NCBI GenBank assembly: GCA_963740355.1
Contig: CAVUDW010000002.1
Location: forward strand, 1,984,001 to 2,048,000
Direction: 5' to 3'
DNA from: an uncultured Gemmatimonadaceae bacterium
GTDB taxonomy: Bacteria; Gemmatimonadota; Gemmatimonadetes; Gemmatimonadales; Gemmatimonadaceae
Length of the DNA: 64,000 nucleotides
The notes beneath the pieces were generated by a model. That model made no database searches and was not told the origin of the DNA. It saw only the letters and a list, made by a program, of their open reading frames with translations. Within the stretch, counting starts at the first letter, position 1; the number at the start of each line of letters is the position of its first letter. Both the position numbers and the translations under genes were made by a program. Below are positions 32,508-42,769 of the stretch, piece after piece.

Positions 32508-34847
32508 TCAGTACCGCACCGCATACTGCAGCTTCACCAACAACTGATTCGACGCGAACCCCCACCGGCGATTGAGCCGCTGCGTCGGATCGGTCGGCAG
32601 CCCACCCTCGATCGGCAAACCGGTCTGCGGATCGATGTCGTGCCGCAGGTTGTGGTTGTAGACCACGAAGAGGTCACCGAGCGGCGTGAACGTCCAACGC
32701 AGTCGCGTATTCGCGCCGAACGAGTCTGACTGGTTGTCGTACTGCACGTAGCTGTTGAGCTGCAGGTCGGGCGACACGTTCACGCGCACCCGTGTGCCAA
32801 CCAGGTTCTGCGTGAAATTGCCTTGCGGCAGGCGGCCGACGTTCCGCGTGGCGCTGAGCTCCATGATGAACAGCGACGTCGGCTTCCAGGCCGCGGTCAG
32901 GATCATCTCGTCGAGCTTGCCGCCATAGAAATCGCCGAACCACCAGGTGGCCTGCCCACTCAGCCGACGTTTCGCCGCCAGCCCGGCTTCGAGACGATAC
33001 CGGTTCCAGTGGTACGAGCCTGCAGGAATCGTGATGCCATCCGCAATCTCGAACGGCACCAGCAACCGCTCACCGGTGGGGACGACGTTGGCTTCGATGC
33101 GATCACCACTCTCCAATCGCCAGTTGATCGGCGCGAAGAAGGTGCGATAACTCTCCCAGCGTCCGGTGGGGCCGCTCACCAGTGTGCCGAAGAACTCGTT
33201 GAACACCTGTCGCACACGCAATCCAGCAATCGGCCGTGTGGGTCGGGGCTGGTACACGGCGCTCGTGTTCAGGATGCGTACGTTTGGCCGCGGCACGAAG
33301 CCGAGTGCGGGATCGAACCCATCACCGAGCTGCTTGTACGTGACGTTGACATCCCACAGGTCGTTGGGATAATCGACCGTCGCGCCGAACGCCGAGTGGT
33401 TGCCGGTCAGGCCCTCGCGTCCAGTGGCCAGCGTCCAGGCGCCGATCAGCAGGTTCTTGTTGCCGCGGAAGCGCGAGGTCTGGTACGTGGCATCCACGCC
33501 GCCGGTCCAGCTGTTGGCGCGGCCGAGCGGATCACCGAACGTGGCCAGCGCGCCAATACTCGATTCGCGGAACACGTTCTTCTTCAGGCGGAGCACGCCG
33601 ACAGTGTTGGCCGTGGACACGGAATCGAGCGTCGGACTGTCCCCCTGACCGGTGCGCACCAGCAGCGCGCCGTAATTCGTGCCTCCAGACCTGCCGCTCA
33701 CCTTCGCGCCTGCGCGAATGGGCACCTCGGCGCCGTTCAGCAGTCCGATGCGGCGACTGAAGAACGGACGCACATCATCGCCCAACCCGATCCCGAAGTC
33801 GAAGATGTCCGCGCCTTGCAGGAAGAACGTGCGCTTCTCCGGAAAGACCAGCGGAAACCGCGTCAGGTTGGTGCGTCGTGTATCGACCTCCGTCTCGGCA
33901 AAGTCGGTATTCACCGTCAGTGACGCGAGGGTATTGGCACCGATCAGCTGTGTGACGTCGAGGCTTGCCGCGCGATCGCCCACGATCGGCGCATTGGCCG
34001 CGGCTACGCCGAAGCCGCCGGTGAAAGATGGTCGCACACTGAGGCCAATACCGAGCGCGAAGCTCGGCAGCTGCGTGAGCCGGCCGGCGCGGAAGGTCTG
34101 CGTCACCTTGAAGTTGCGCACGGGACTGGCCCAGCGGTCGGTTTCCTGCCCGCGCTGCGCACGACGCTGCACATTGAACCCCCACACGTCGAGGCCCGGC
34201 CGGAAAAGCAGGCTCCGCACGGGGATGCGGATCTCGGCAGACCAGCCGGTCGCGGTGCGAGCGGTCGCGGCTTCCCAGGCTGCGTCCCAGTTCGCGTTTT
34301 CTGTTTCCCCCTGTCCGGATACCAGCGCATCGTAGCGCGCGCCATTCGGATTGATGGCAAAGACGTATCCCGAACGGCCATCGAGATAGGTGTCGAGCAC
34401 GATCTTGATGTGGTCTTCGTTCGCCAGCGTCGCGTCGCGCTCGCGAGCGAAACTCACCAGACCTTCGGGCTGTGCGTCATCGGCACGCACACCGATGATG
34501 ATTTCATCGGGGCCGGCGAGCACCCGCACCACGGTTCGGCCGCCTGGCGCTGCGCCCTGCATCGGCTCGATCTGCGTCAGGTCGCCAATCGAATCGGCCG
34601 CACTCCACGCCGCCTCGTCCAGACGGCCATCGATCCGGATCGCGCCGCTGAATCGGCCGGCGCGCAGTGCGGGTTCTCCAGGAAGTGCCGTGACCACCTT
34701 CGACACACTGGACTGGGCTGCTGTCTCCGATGTCGTGACGCAAGCGACTGCGCACAGCGCGACGACCGCACGAACAGCAAAGCACCGTGAGTGGAGATGG
34801 GAAACGCGTATCATGCGCTGCGAGCTGGATGAGTCATGCGAAGTCAT
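32508..34847 (-). CDS. CBM9-like domain plus DUF5916 outer-membrane protein
   Basis: IDGRLDEAAW, NTDFAETEVD and FPEKRTFFLQG motifs; beta-barrel-like C-terminus; start uncertain. Confidence 0.78.
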   Translation of the reverse strand: MTSHDSSSSQRMIRVSHLHSRCFAVRAVVALCAVACVTTSETAAQSSVSKVVTALPGEPALRAGRFSGAIRIDGRLDEAAWSAADSIGDLTQIEPMQGAAPGGRTVVRVLAGPDEIIIGVRADDAQPEGLVSFARERDATLANEDHIKIVLDTYLDGRSGYVFAINPNGARYDALVSGQGETENANWDAAWEAATARTATGWSAEIRIPVRSLLFRPGLDVWGFNVQRRAQRGQETDRWASPVRNFKVTQTFRAGRLTQLPSFALGIGLSVRPSFTGGFGVAAANAPIVGDRAASLDVTQLIGANTLASLTVNTDFAETEVDTRRTNLTRFPLVFPEKRTFFLQGADIFDFGIGLGDDVRPFFSRRIGLLNGAEVPIRAGAKVSGRSGGTNYGALLVRTGQGDSPTLDSVSTANTVGVLRLKKNVFRESSIGALATFGDPLGRANSWTGGVDATYQTSRFRGNKNLLIGAWTLATGREGLTGNHSAFGATVDYPNDLWDVNVTYKQLGDGFDPALGFVPRPNVRILNTSAVYQPRPTRPIAGLRVRQVFNEFFGTLVSGPTGRWESYRTFFAPINWRLESGDRIEANVVPTGERLLVPFEIADGITIPAGSYHWNRYRLEAGLAAKRRLSGQATWWFGDFYGGKLDEMILTAAWKPTSLFIMELSATRNVGRLPQGNFTQNLVGTRVRVNVSPDLQLNSYVQYDNQSDSFGANTRLRWTFTPLGDLFVVYNHNLRHDIDPQTGLPIEGGLPTDPTQRLNRRWGFASNQLLVKLQYAVRY

Positions 34848-34953
34848 GAACGAATGCGCCGAGTGGCAGCGCTATTCAGAATGCGAAGCTATTCGCGATC
34901 CGTGTCGCATGCGCTACAAATATATTGCTGGTTTCCCGCTCTCGAGGTGTGCC

Positions 34954-35913
34954 ATGGCCGGATACGCACCGATCGCTCGACGTTTACGCAGGCGGCTCGT
35001 CCTGCTCGGTGGCGCATCTGCCGCCATGCTCATTGCGGCACCGCTTCGATCGCAGGGTGCGCCACCGTCGCCAGCCGATGGGGGGCCTGCGTGGTCAGCA
35101 GTCCAAACAGCGCTCGGTGGTGGTGGAAGGATGCAGCCCGGTGGCGTGCTGCGCTTTGGCTTCCCTCGTTCCGATCTGCATGTCACGGCCGACGGCGTCG
35201 TTCTTCGACCAACCTTCGCGCTCGGCTCCTGGGTGGCATTCCGACCGATGGACGGTGCGGCAGGCGCCGATGCGATGGTAATGGGCGACCTCGTCTTGAC
35301 GGAGGATGAAGTCAATCCTGTGATGCTGGCGCTCCAGCAGGGCGGCATACAACAGACTGCGCTCCACAATCACGTGCTACATGAGTCGCCGCGCGTGATG
35401 TACATGCACATCGCGGCGCACGGCAATCCCGCGACGATTGCCCAGACGATTCGGAGCGCGCTGGGCAAGAGCCAGACACCGATGTCGAGCGCGGTCGCCG
35501 CGCCGCCAGCGCCGCCACCGTTCGACCTCGACACCGCTGCCGTCGCTCGCGCGCTGGGGAACGCGGGTCGCATCGCAGGAGGCGTGTATCAGGTGAGTGT
35601 TCCGAGGGCGACGGCGATTCTGGAACATGGAATGGAGCTACCGCCATCGATGGGCGTCGCGACCGCGATCAATTTCCAGCCCACGGGCGGCGGAAAGGCT
35701 GCGATCACGGGCGACTTCGTGCTGACGGCGGATGAGGTGAACCCGGTGATCATGGCGTTGCGCTCGCACGACATTCTCGTGACCGCTGTTCACAGTCACA
35801 TGCTCGACGAAAATCCGCGGCTCTTCTTCATGCATTTCTGGGCCAACGCAGACGCGGTGACCCTGGCGAAGGGGCTTCGCGCCGCGCTCGACAAGACGGC
35901 CGTGCGACGTTAG
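34954..35913 (+). CDS. DUF1259 (LppY/LpqO-like) tandem-domain protein
   Basis: Two repeats with GD.VLT.DEVNPV, ALHNH/AVHSH and MH(I/F); GAGGTG RBS before ATG 34954. Confidence 0.82.
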   Translation: MAGYAPIARRLRRRLVLLGGASAAMLIAAPLRSQGAPPSPADGGPAWSAVQTALGGGGRMQPGGVLRFGFPRSDLHVTADGVVLRPTFALGSWVAFRPMDGAAGADAMVMGDLVLTEDEVNPVMLALQQGGIQQTALHNHVLHESPRVMYMHIAAHGNPATIAQTIRSALGKSQTPMSSAVAAPPAPPPFDLDTAAVARALGNAGRIAGGVYQVSVPRATAILEHGMELPPSMGVATAINFQPTGGGKAAITGDFVLTADEVNPVIMALRSHDILVTAVHSHMLDENPRLFFMHFWANADAVTLAKGLRAALDKTAVRR

Positions 35914-35923
35914 CGCCGAGCGC

Positions 35924-38900
35924 TCAGTCGGGTGCGCGCCGCACTCCGACGCGTAGCTCTGGCGCACGCCCACGAACGTCCGGGTGTGTCCACACCCGCA
36001 CCGCCCGCACCCGGACCGCTGATTCCACCGAGTGGCCCATGATGAAGAGGTGATACTCGCCGCTCGGTGCAGGCGTGTAACGCCGTGTGCCGATCGGCGT
36101 GCCGTTCACCGCCACCACCATGGTCGAGTCACGCAGCAGTGTCAGCGACAGCAGCACGTCACGGCCATCACCGATGGAACTGTCCACCGATGCGTAGGTG
36201 ATCGAGCCGCCACTCGAGATCGCAAGACTCGTGGTACGCGCACGCCCTTCCCGCGCTGGGTATTTCATGCCCGTGCTGAAGAAGGCGAACGGGTTGCTGC
36301 TCGGCCACGTGCCGGTGGAATGATTCCACTTCGCGATCGCCCGCGTGAATTCTGCTGACTCGAGATAGATGCCGACTTCCTGCCAGACCGGCTGGGTGAC
36401 GGGCACGCGGACCAACGCTTCGACGGTCAGGCCGTCGTCGATCCTGAGCGGGGTGCGTGTATGCAAGCCGCTCGGATAGCTGCCGTCACCGGCTGGATCG
36501 AGTCCGCCGAGCTCGAGACTGGCGCGCGGCCTCGGCTCACCGAAATCCATCCACTGTGATGGGTCAATTCGCTCCCATCGCTCGGTCAGCAACAGCTTGT
36601 CGTTGGCCGAGTGACTCGTGGCCGAGAAGAGAGTCCGTGGGTCGGTGTACGGCGGCGACGGTTGCGGCGGACGATCATCGAGCGTGAATTGCGTCGCGGC
36701 GTTGCCGGTCGAGTGTCGATTCGCGAGTGCGGCGAGTCGTACGCGGCTCGCTTCACTCACGAATCTGTCCTGCAGAACCAGTCGGCCTCGAAGCGAGTCC
36801 GAGTTCACCGCGGCGCGGCCGTTCGGCGACGCCCACGCGAGGTGTCGCAACGGCGCGGAGGTCGGGGCATCGAGCTGCAATGGGCGCTGTGCCTGCGCGA
36901 TGTCGAGCAATGTGACCGACTGTGCCAGCCCAGCAGAATCGCTGCACCAGCAAGCGACATAGGCGCGCGAGGGGCTCAGCACCGCCTCCGCCACTGTCAA
37001 TCCATCGATCAGGGCGTGCGACCTGCCGCTGGTGACGCCAACGCTGTAGATGCCGTTGCGGGCGCCGATGTTGGCGATCAGCAGCACATTTTCGTCACTG
37101 ACCCAGCCGATCAGGCTTTGCACCACCATGCCAGAATCGACAGGCGTACAGCGCGGCTCGCCTTTCATGTCGGCCAGCACGCAGAGCGCGGCGCGATCGC
37201 CACGCTCGCGCGACTGGCGAAGGAAGGCGATGCTTCGGCCGGACGGTGACCAGGTTGGAAAGAGGTCACAGTCCGGCCCTTCCGTGACGCGCCAGATGTC
37301 GCGCGACCGAACGTCGCGAACTCCGATGTCACAGCCCGCATTGCCGAGCTCACTCCAGCGCGTGGTGCTGAACGCGAGCATCGCGCCATCGCTCGACCAC
37401 GCCGGCATTGCGTCGTCTCGCTCTCCTGCGGCAAGATCCACGGTGCGGTCGCCTTGCACACCAACGATATCCATTGTGTTCCGGCTGCCGGTCTCGACCT
37501 GCGCCGCGATCGTCCGGCCATCGGGTGAAAGGCTGACGCGATCAGGGGCTCGCTGCAGTGGCCAGTGCGCAACACCATTTCGCACACTGAACATCGGCAG
37601 GGACGTCCCGCGCGATGGGTTCCGAATGTCCACGAACTGCGAGTACACCGAGTCGTCGCTGTACGACTGGATGACGAGAGTTTCCGCCACGCTGTCGTTG
37701 GGCACTTGCGCGATCGATTTGTTGCGCCAGATCGCCAGGAGCACCACCAGTGAGAGTGCGGCAACAGCAGTGAGCAACGGAATCGCACGACCGCTGCGTG
37801 CCACGCGCGCCAACACGCGGGTGGGCGACCAGGTGGCGAACGCCGCACGCCGAGCTGCAGACGGAGCGATGGTGCTGGCCGGTGACGCAACATTCGACGT
37901 CGGTGTCACACGCTCTGCTTCGGAACGCGCGATCAGCGGCATCAGCCGGCTCGGAACACCGCCGGTCTTCGCGAAGATTGCCGGCGCCGTGGCATCAGCA
38001 TCGGTGCTTCCCGCAGCCCCGCAGAGCTGTTGAACTTCGGTGACGTCGAGGGGCCGAAGTGTGATCCGGTTTGCCGCTGGCGTATCGACCTGTGTGGCCA
38101 GTGACTCGGTCGACGCAATCACGAACAGCACGCGGTGCAAGTGCAGTCGTGCCGTCGCTGCCGCAACGATACGAATTGTGGTCGCGTCCGCCCGGTCGAT
38201 ATCGTCCAGCAATACGGCGACGGGTGCGACCAGACTCGCCGCCCGCAACGCATCGACGAGCTGGTCGATCGGTGCGAGTCGAGGCGATGCAACTCCCTGC
38301 GGCAGGTCGGTGCTGTCGAGTACCGCATCGCCGTGCACGGGAGTCGCGGGCATCGGCTCGGCGCCTCGCAGCAATCGCGTCGCTGCGATCAATCGATCGA
38401 CAACCGAGCCTGACTCCTCAGCATCGGTGGATGCGACGCCATCCAGAATCACCGCCGGCGTGTCCAGGCGCAGGCGCAACGCGAGGTTCGCCAGCAGCCG
38501 CGTGCGCCCGATTCCCGCTGGACCGTCGATCAGGACAGTCGTGCCCGACGATCGCTGCACCCCCTGCCAGGCGTCAACCAGCACGCGGAACTCGTTCGCG
38601 CGACCGATGATTGGACGAGTGGGGTCCGCGAGGTGATGCTCGCGCGCAAAGGTCAACACCGCGTCGATTGAACTGTCAGGGACCTCATCGCTGTTGGGCG
38701 CTGTCGGTGCGGCCACACTCGCGAGTCGCTCGACGAGGGTGGTGCGCACCTCGGTTGCGCGACCAGCCAGCGTGAGCGACTCGGTCAGCAGGCGCCGGCC
38801 CACGGTCAGCTGTGGGAACCGCTCGGCGATCGATGATGCCATAACAATCGCTGCGTCCCAGTCAGCGCAGTGCAGGCGCCGTCGCACCACCGCCTCAGCC

Positions 38901-39334
38901 GCAGCCTCAAATCGTCGACGGAGCCGCGTGCGTTCCTCCGCAGCCCAGCGCAAAAAGCCGTCGCAGCCACGCTCGCTGAAATCGTCGAAGAACTCGCGTG
39001 AGTAGAGTTGCGCGGCGGTCTCGTCATCGCCGTCGACGACCGCGTCGAGAAATCGCGTGCGATCAGTGTCGATCGGTTCCGCCAACCGAATCGTGTCGGT
39101 CGTGGCGACGAACGTGAGTGGCAACGTGCGACGGAGGCTGGCGAGCAACTGACGGAAGGCGTCAGCGTCGCGCGGCGATTCGTCGCTGTAGAGCAGCCGG
39201 AACAACTCTTTGCGCGGCGCGGTATGGCCCGTGGTGGCCATCAGAAACGCCAGCAGGGCGACGCCTTTGCCGGCCCCGACGGTTCGATCACCCAAATCGA
39301 GTCGAGGCGAACCGAAGGTGATCAGTTGGGGCAT
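35924..39334 (-). CDS. BTAD/SARP-like regulator fused to a P-loop ATPase, TM helix and TolB-like beta-propeller
   Basis: N-terminal LLAFL..LASLRR..FLRWAAEER; GPAGIGRT; TM segment; PD40-like LSPDG, WSSDG and WSPSG repeats. Confidence 0.72.
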   Translation of the reverse strand: MPQLITFGSPRLDLGDRTVGAGKGVALLAFLMATTGHTAPRKELFRLLYSDESPRDADAFRQLLASLRRTLPLTFVATTDTIRLAEPIDTDRTRFLDAVVDGDDETAAQLYSREFFDDFSERGCDGFLRWAAEERTRLRRRFEAAAEAVVRRRLHCADWDAAIVMASSIAERFPQLTVGRRLLTESLTLAGRATEVRTTLVERLASVAAPTAPNSDEVPDSSIDAVLTFAREHHLADPTRPIIGRANEFRVLVDAWQGVQRSSGTTVLIDGPAGIGRTRLLANLALRLRLDTPAVILDGVASTDAEESGSVVDRLIAATRLLRGAEPMPATPVHGDAVLDSTDLPQGVASPRLAPIDQLVDALRAASLVAPVAVLLDDIDRADATTIRIVAAATARLHLHRVLFVIASTESLATQVDTPAANRITLRPLDVTEVQQLCGAAGSTDADATAPAIFAKTGGVPSRLMPLIARSEAERVTPTSNVASPASTIAPSAARRAAFATWSPTRVLARVARSGRAIPLLTAVAALSLVVLLAIWRNKSIAQVPNDSVAETLVIQSYSDDSVYSQFVDIRNPSRGTSLPMFSVRNGVAHWPLQRAPDRVSLSPDGRTIAAQVETGSRNTMDIVGVQGDRTVDLAAGERDDAMPAWSSDGAMLAFSTTRWSELGNAGCDIGVRDVRSRDIWRVTEGPDCDLFPTWSPSGRSIAFLRQSRERGDRAALCVLADMKGEPRCTPVDSGMVVQSLIGWVSDENVLLIANIGARNGIYSVGVTSGRSHALIDGLTVAEAVLSPSRAYVACWCSDSAGLAQSVTLLDIAQAQRPLQLDAPTSAPLRHLAWASPNGRAAVNSDSLRGRLVLQDRFVSEASRVRLAALANRHSTGNAATQFTLDDRPPQPSPPYTDPRTLFSATSHSANDKLLLTERWERIDPSQWMDFGEPRPRASLELGGLDPAGDGSYPSGLHTRTPLRIDDGLTVEALVRVPVTQPVWQEVGIYLESAEFTRAIAKWNHSTGTWPSSNPFAFFSTGMKYPAREGRARTTSLAISSGGSITYASVDSSIGDGRDVLLSLTLLRDSTMVVAVNGTPIGTRRYTPAPSGEYHLFIMGHSVESAVRVRAVRVWTHPDVRGRAPELRVGVRRAPD

Positions 39335-39514
39335 GATGAAGGGATACGCTTCCGGGCCCGGTTGGGGAAGAAGGGACCGAGCGAAGGCTGCCTGAACTCG
39401 ACCGACCGGCCGGTCATCAATAGATGGCCGGTGGGTAGATTGCCGCGAATGGATCGCTCGATGCAGTCACGCGTTCCTCACTTCCAGACCGTCAGAATCG
39501 TGTACCTCTCCACA

Positions 39515-40831
39515 GTGAATCTCCCCCGAACGCTGCGCGGCGCCGCTGCGGTGTTCGTATCGTTGGTCGGCACCCTTGTCCCACAGTCAGTGGTGCCGAG
39601 CACCGTCAGTGCTCAGGCACCGGTGACGCTGGCCGTGTCGGGGCGGAGCAATGACGCCGTCTCCATCGCTGCCGCGGGAGCTTTCGTGGTCGCGACCTGG
39701 GGCGCAGCCACCACTGGCGGCATGGATGTGTTCAGCGCCGTCAGCCGCGACGGGGGCTCGACCTTCGGCGCGCCGGTTCGTGTCAACAGCACGGCGCTCG
39801 ATGCGCGCGTCGGCGGTGAACAGCCGCCGAAGGTGACACTGGTCGCGCGACAGGGACGTGAGCCGAGCGTGGTGATCATGTGGAATACCCGCCGACCGGA
39901 AGGTGGGCGGATGGCGACGGCGCGTTCGGACGACGGCGGCGCGACGTACAGCACTTCGGCCATGGTACCGGGCAGCGAAGCAGCGGGCAGTAGGGGATGG
40001 GCGTCGATGGCGGCGGATCCGAATGGCAAGGTCTACGTGATGTGGCTCGATCATCGTGGCCTGGTGCCAGCGGCGCACGCCCAGATGGGGAACGCGCCGA
40101 TGACGCACGGAGCATCAGCGAGCGGACCCGCGATGCCCAAGCCCGACCCGGTGGCACAGGCGAACAAGTCGCAGCTCTACATCGCCTCGCTCGATGGCTC
40201 GACAGCCCCTCGCGCCGTGACCAATGGCGTCTGCTACTGCTGCAAGACCTCCGTGGTCACGGCGGCCGATGGCAGCGTGTACGGTGTCTGGCGTCACGTC
40301 TTCCCGGGCGACTTCCGGGACATGGCGATCACCGTGTCACGCGACAAGGGTCGAACGTTCTCGACACCAGTGCGGGTGAGCGAAGACCACTGGGAGTTCG
40401 ATGGCTGCCCTGACAACGGCCCATCGCTGGCGGTCGACGCGGCGCGACGTATCCATGTGGCATGGCCGTCGCCGGCCGACGTGAAGGACCCGCGCGTGAT
40501 GGCGTTGTTCTATGCCAGCTCCACGGATGGGCGCCGGTTCACGCCGCGTGTCCGCATCCCGACGGACGCACCCGCGGGCCACGTGCAGATCGTGAGCGAG
40601 GCCGATGGATCGGTGGTGATCGCATGGGAAGAAGCGACTGCCAGCGGCAAGTTGGTCAAGGTTGCGCGTGGCAAGCCTGATGCGGCGGGTCGTTTGGTGC
40701 TGCGTGCGGTTGGCACGCCCGACGCGGGCAAGTATCCGTCGCTTGCGGTCACACCGGCTGGCACGGTGATGGCCTGGACGCAGACGCAGAATGGATCGAG
40801 TGTGATCGCAGTGGAGCGCGTGGCGCGCTGA
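39515..40831 (+). CDS. Secreted BNR/Asp-box (sialidase-like) protein; start uncertain
   Basis: SRDGGSTF, SDDGGATY, SRDKGRTF and STDGRRF Asp-boxes; CYCCK and GCPDNGP motifs. Confidence 0.75.
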   Translation: MNLPRTLRGAAAVFVSLVGTLVPQSVVPSTVSAQAPVTLAVSGRSNDAVSIAAAGAFVVATWGAATTGGMDVFSAVSRDGGSTFGAPVRVNSTALDARVGGEQPPKVTLVARQGREPSVVIMWNTRRPEGGRMATARSDDGGATYSTSAMVPGSEAAGSRGWASMAADPNGKVYVMWLDHRGLVPAAHAQMGNAPMTHGASASGPAMPKPDPVAQANKSQLYIASLDGSTAPRAVTNGVCYCCKTSVVTAADGSVYGVWRHVFPGDFRDMAITVSRDKGRTFSTPVRVSEDHWEFDGCPDNGPSLAVDAARRIHVAWPSPADVKDPRVMALFYASSTDGRRFTPRVRIPTDAPAGHVQIVSEADGSVVIAWEEATASGKLVKVARGKPDAAGRLVLRAVGTPDAGKYPSLAVTPAGTVMAWTQTQNGSSVIAVERVAR

Positions 40832-40863
40832 CTAACACTCACGGATGCGCACCGGCGCAGGCG

Positions 40864-41850
40864 TCAGGCGAGTTCTGAGGCCTGCATCCGGTTCGCGCGA
40901 CGCGTCGCGAGTTTCACTACGAGATTGTCGGCCACACCCGGCAGGTTCCACGGGCATGATGCGAGGCACGCGGCGCACCCCTGCGTCTCGTTGAAGTACG
41001 GCAGGCACTTGTCGAAGTCGACGTACCACTTCTCCTCGCCGCGTACGACCTGCTTGTCGGGACCGATGGCCTGCGGCGGGCAGCCGACGGTGCACGACTG
41101 ACACTTGGTGCAGAAATCATCGGCGCCGAAATCGTCGGGCTGGTCGGCTTCGAGTGGGACATCCGTCAGCACGCAGGCGAGCCGCAGGTTCGATCCAAGC
41201 CTGCGATTGATCAGTGAGCCGTGTTTCCCGAGTTCGCCAAGTCCGGCCGCGATGGCCGCGGGAAGCAGCAGCATCGGCATTGCGAGCGGGCCACCATGCG
41301 GCGTGGCGTCGTGCCCGCCCATCCGCAGATACGACGCCACGGCCTTCGCGACACGAATGCCACGTCCATACTGCCGGATGACTTCCGCCGCCGCGGTTTC
41401 GGCTGGCGCGGTGCTCAGCGCCCCCCAGTCATGCTGCACGCAGAGCATGATGGCCCATCGCTGCTTCACTTCGTAGCCATCGTACACCCACTGCGGCTGC
41501 ACGCGCGTGATGCCGACATCATCCGCGCCAGCATTGCGCGCTGTCTCCTTCACCAACCGCGTCCACTCGGCCGCACTGCGTTCCACGACGTCGTCCGACA
41601 GCGGTGCGACGGGTTCCTCGGTCGCGCGCATGCGCTCTTCACGCGCGACCTGCACGAAGGGCGTGGTGCGGTTGATGAACCAGAGCTGCAGCTTGCCATG
41701 CGCCGTGGCATCCGGCATGTGCCAGTAGATGGGCGACGGCTGCCTGACGTCCGACTCGCCGACACCATTGATGGTGTTCCCGGAGACGGACGGCCACAGC
41801 GCCATCTGCTCGGCACTCGGAGTCCACGGCGGTGGGCGTTTGGGCGGCAT
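40864..41850 (-). CDS. Reductive-dehalogenase/QueG-like 2x[4Fe-4S] protein
   Basis: AGLGELGKHG..RLACVLTD, CTKCQSCTVGCP and C..GCAACLASCPW motifs. Confidence 0.78.
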   Translation of the reverse strand: MPPKRPPPWTPSAEQMALWPSVSGNTINGVGESDVRQPSPIYWHMPDATAHGKLQLWFINRTTPFVQVAREERMRATEEPVAPLSDDVVERSAAEWTRLVKETARNAGADDVGITRVQPQWVYDGYEVKQRWAIMLCVQHDWGALSTAPAETAAAEVIRQYGRGIRVAKAVASYLRMGGHDATPHGGPLAMPMLLLPAAIAAGLGELGKHGSLINRRLGSNLRLACVLTDVPLEADQPDDFGADDFCTKCQSCTVGCPPQAIGPDKQVVRGEEKWYVDFDKCLPYFNETQGCAACLASCPWNLPGVADNLVVKLATRRANRMQASELA

Positions 41851-41890
41851 GGATGAGAAGGTACGAGCGGTGCGTCCGGCTGCAAACGGG

Positions 41891-42229
41891 TCAGCCTGGG
41901 GCAGGCTCGATACCGAGTGATACGATGTCACCGTCAGCGTTGGTGGTCCAGCGCCCCCCCGCGCTGTCGGCCACGCCGCGCGCTTTCCATCCTCCGGGCA
42001 CGGGCACTGGTAGCGCTAGGAGCGCGCCCTCCGGTGAGGTGAGGAGGGCGAACTCCAGCGTTCCGCGCCCCACTACGACCACGCGACAGCGCCAGCCGCC
42101 GTTCCAGTTCCGATGGAAATCGAATTCCATGTCCACCGCACCGAGCCGCTCCTCGAACGCCAGCCGAATGAGCCTGCGCGCCTCTGGCGTCAGCCCACTC
42201 ATTTCCGTCACCTCGGCGAACTCGCTCAT
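41891..42229 (-). CDS. Hypothetical protein
   Basis: ORF with AGGA RBS and protein-like composition; no recognised motif. Confidence 0.55.
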   Translation of the reverse strand: MSEFAEVTEMSGLTPEARRLIRLAFEERLGAVDMEFDFHRNWNGGWRCRVVVVGRGTLEFALLTSPEGALLALPVPVPGGWKARGVADSAGGRWTTNADGDIVSLGIEPAPG

Positions 42230-42272
42230 TCCTGAAGCTCGCGCGCTCACGTGCGCCTGGTAAGTCGGCCTT

Positions 42273-42530
42273 GGACGCCTTTGGCGGCATTGGTCCACAC
42301 TCCCTCACGCGGAGGCGCGGGGGACGCGGAGCCGCGGGGAACAGCAGGGGGCTGAGGATGGGACGCCTGTGGCGGCGATGGTCCACACTTCCTCACGCGG
42401 AGCCGCGGGGGACGCGGAGCCGCGGGGAACAGCAGAGGGGTTCAGGCTTGGACGCCTTTGGCGGCATTGGTCCACACTCCCTCACGCGGAGGCGCGGGGG
42501 ACGCGGAGCCGCGGGGAACAGCAGAGGGGT
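42273..42530 (+). repeat. Family B tandem array, 3 units of 88-89 bp
   Basis: Units begin GGACGCCT at 42273, 42361 and 42450; each contains GGTCCACAC and CTCACGCGGAG(G/C)CGCGGGGGACGCGGAGCCGCGGGGAACAGCAG. Confidence 0.95.
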
Positions 42531-42650
42531 TGGGGTGATCGTGGAAGTCCGAATGACGGCTGTGTGACGCCGCATGCGACCATTCAATCGCAGGCAGCAA
42601 CGAAAGTCGGAAGCGACGAAGACTTGCGCATTCCACCGACCCCTCCTCAA

Positions 42651-42691
42651 GCAGTTCCCCGCGGCTCCGCGTCCCCCGCGGCTCCGCGTGA
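42651..42691 (-). repeat. Family B inverted copy closing the array
   Basis: GCAGTTCCCCGCGGCTCCGCGTCCCCCGCGGCTCCGCGTGA. Confidence 0.93.
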
Positions 42692-42769
42692 TCAGAAACT
42701 GGGTCTATCGCCGGCGTAGCCGTCCGATTCCACGATTCCCCAAGTCACCTTTTTCAAATGCGAGGAAGA

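Noticed and set aside
34390..34953. Upstream extensions of ORFs 34390-35913, 39008-40831, 30621-31631 and 24559-25095
   Set aside because: They overlap other genes or a tRNA; downstream starts fit the domain boundaries better
42273..42530. CRISPR mini-array next to a Cas4-like nuclease
   Set aside because: Whole 88-89 bp units are duplicated with no unique spacers, and the protein is GxxExxY type without the Cas4 Fe-S cysteines
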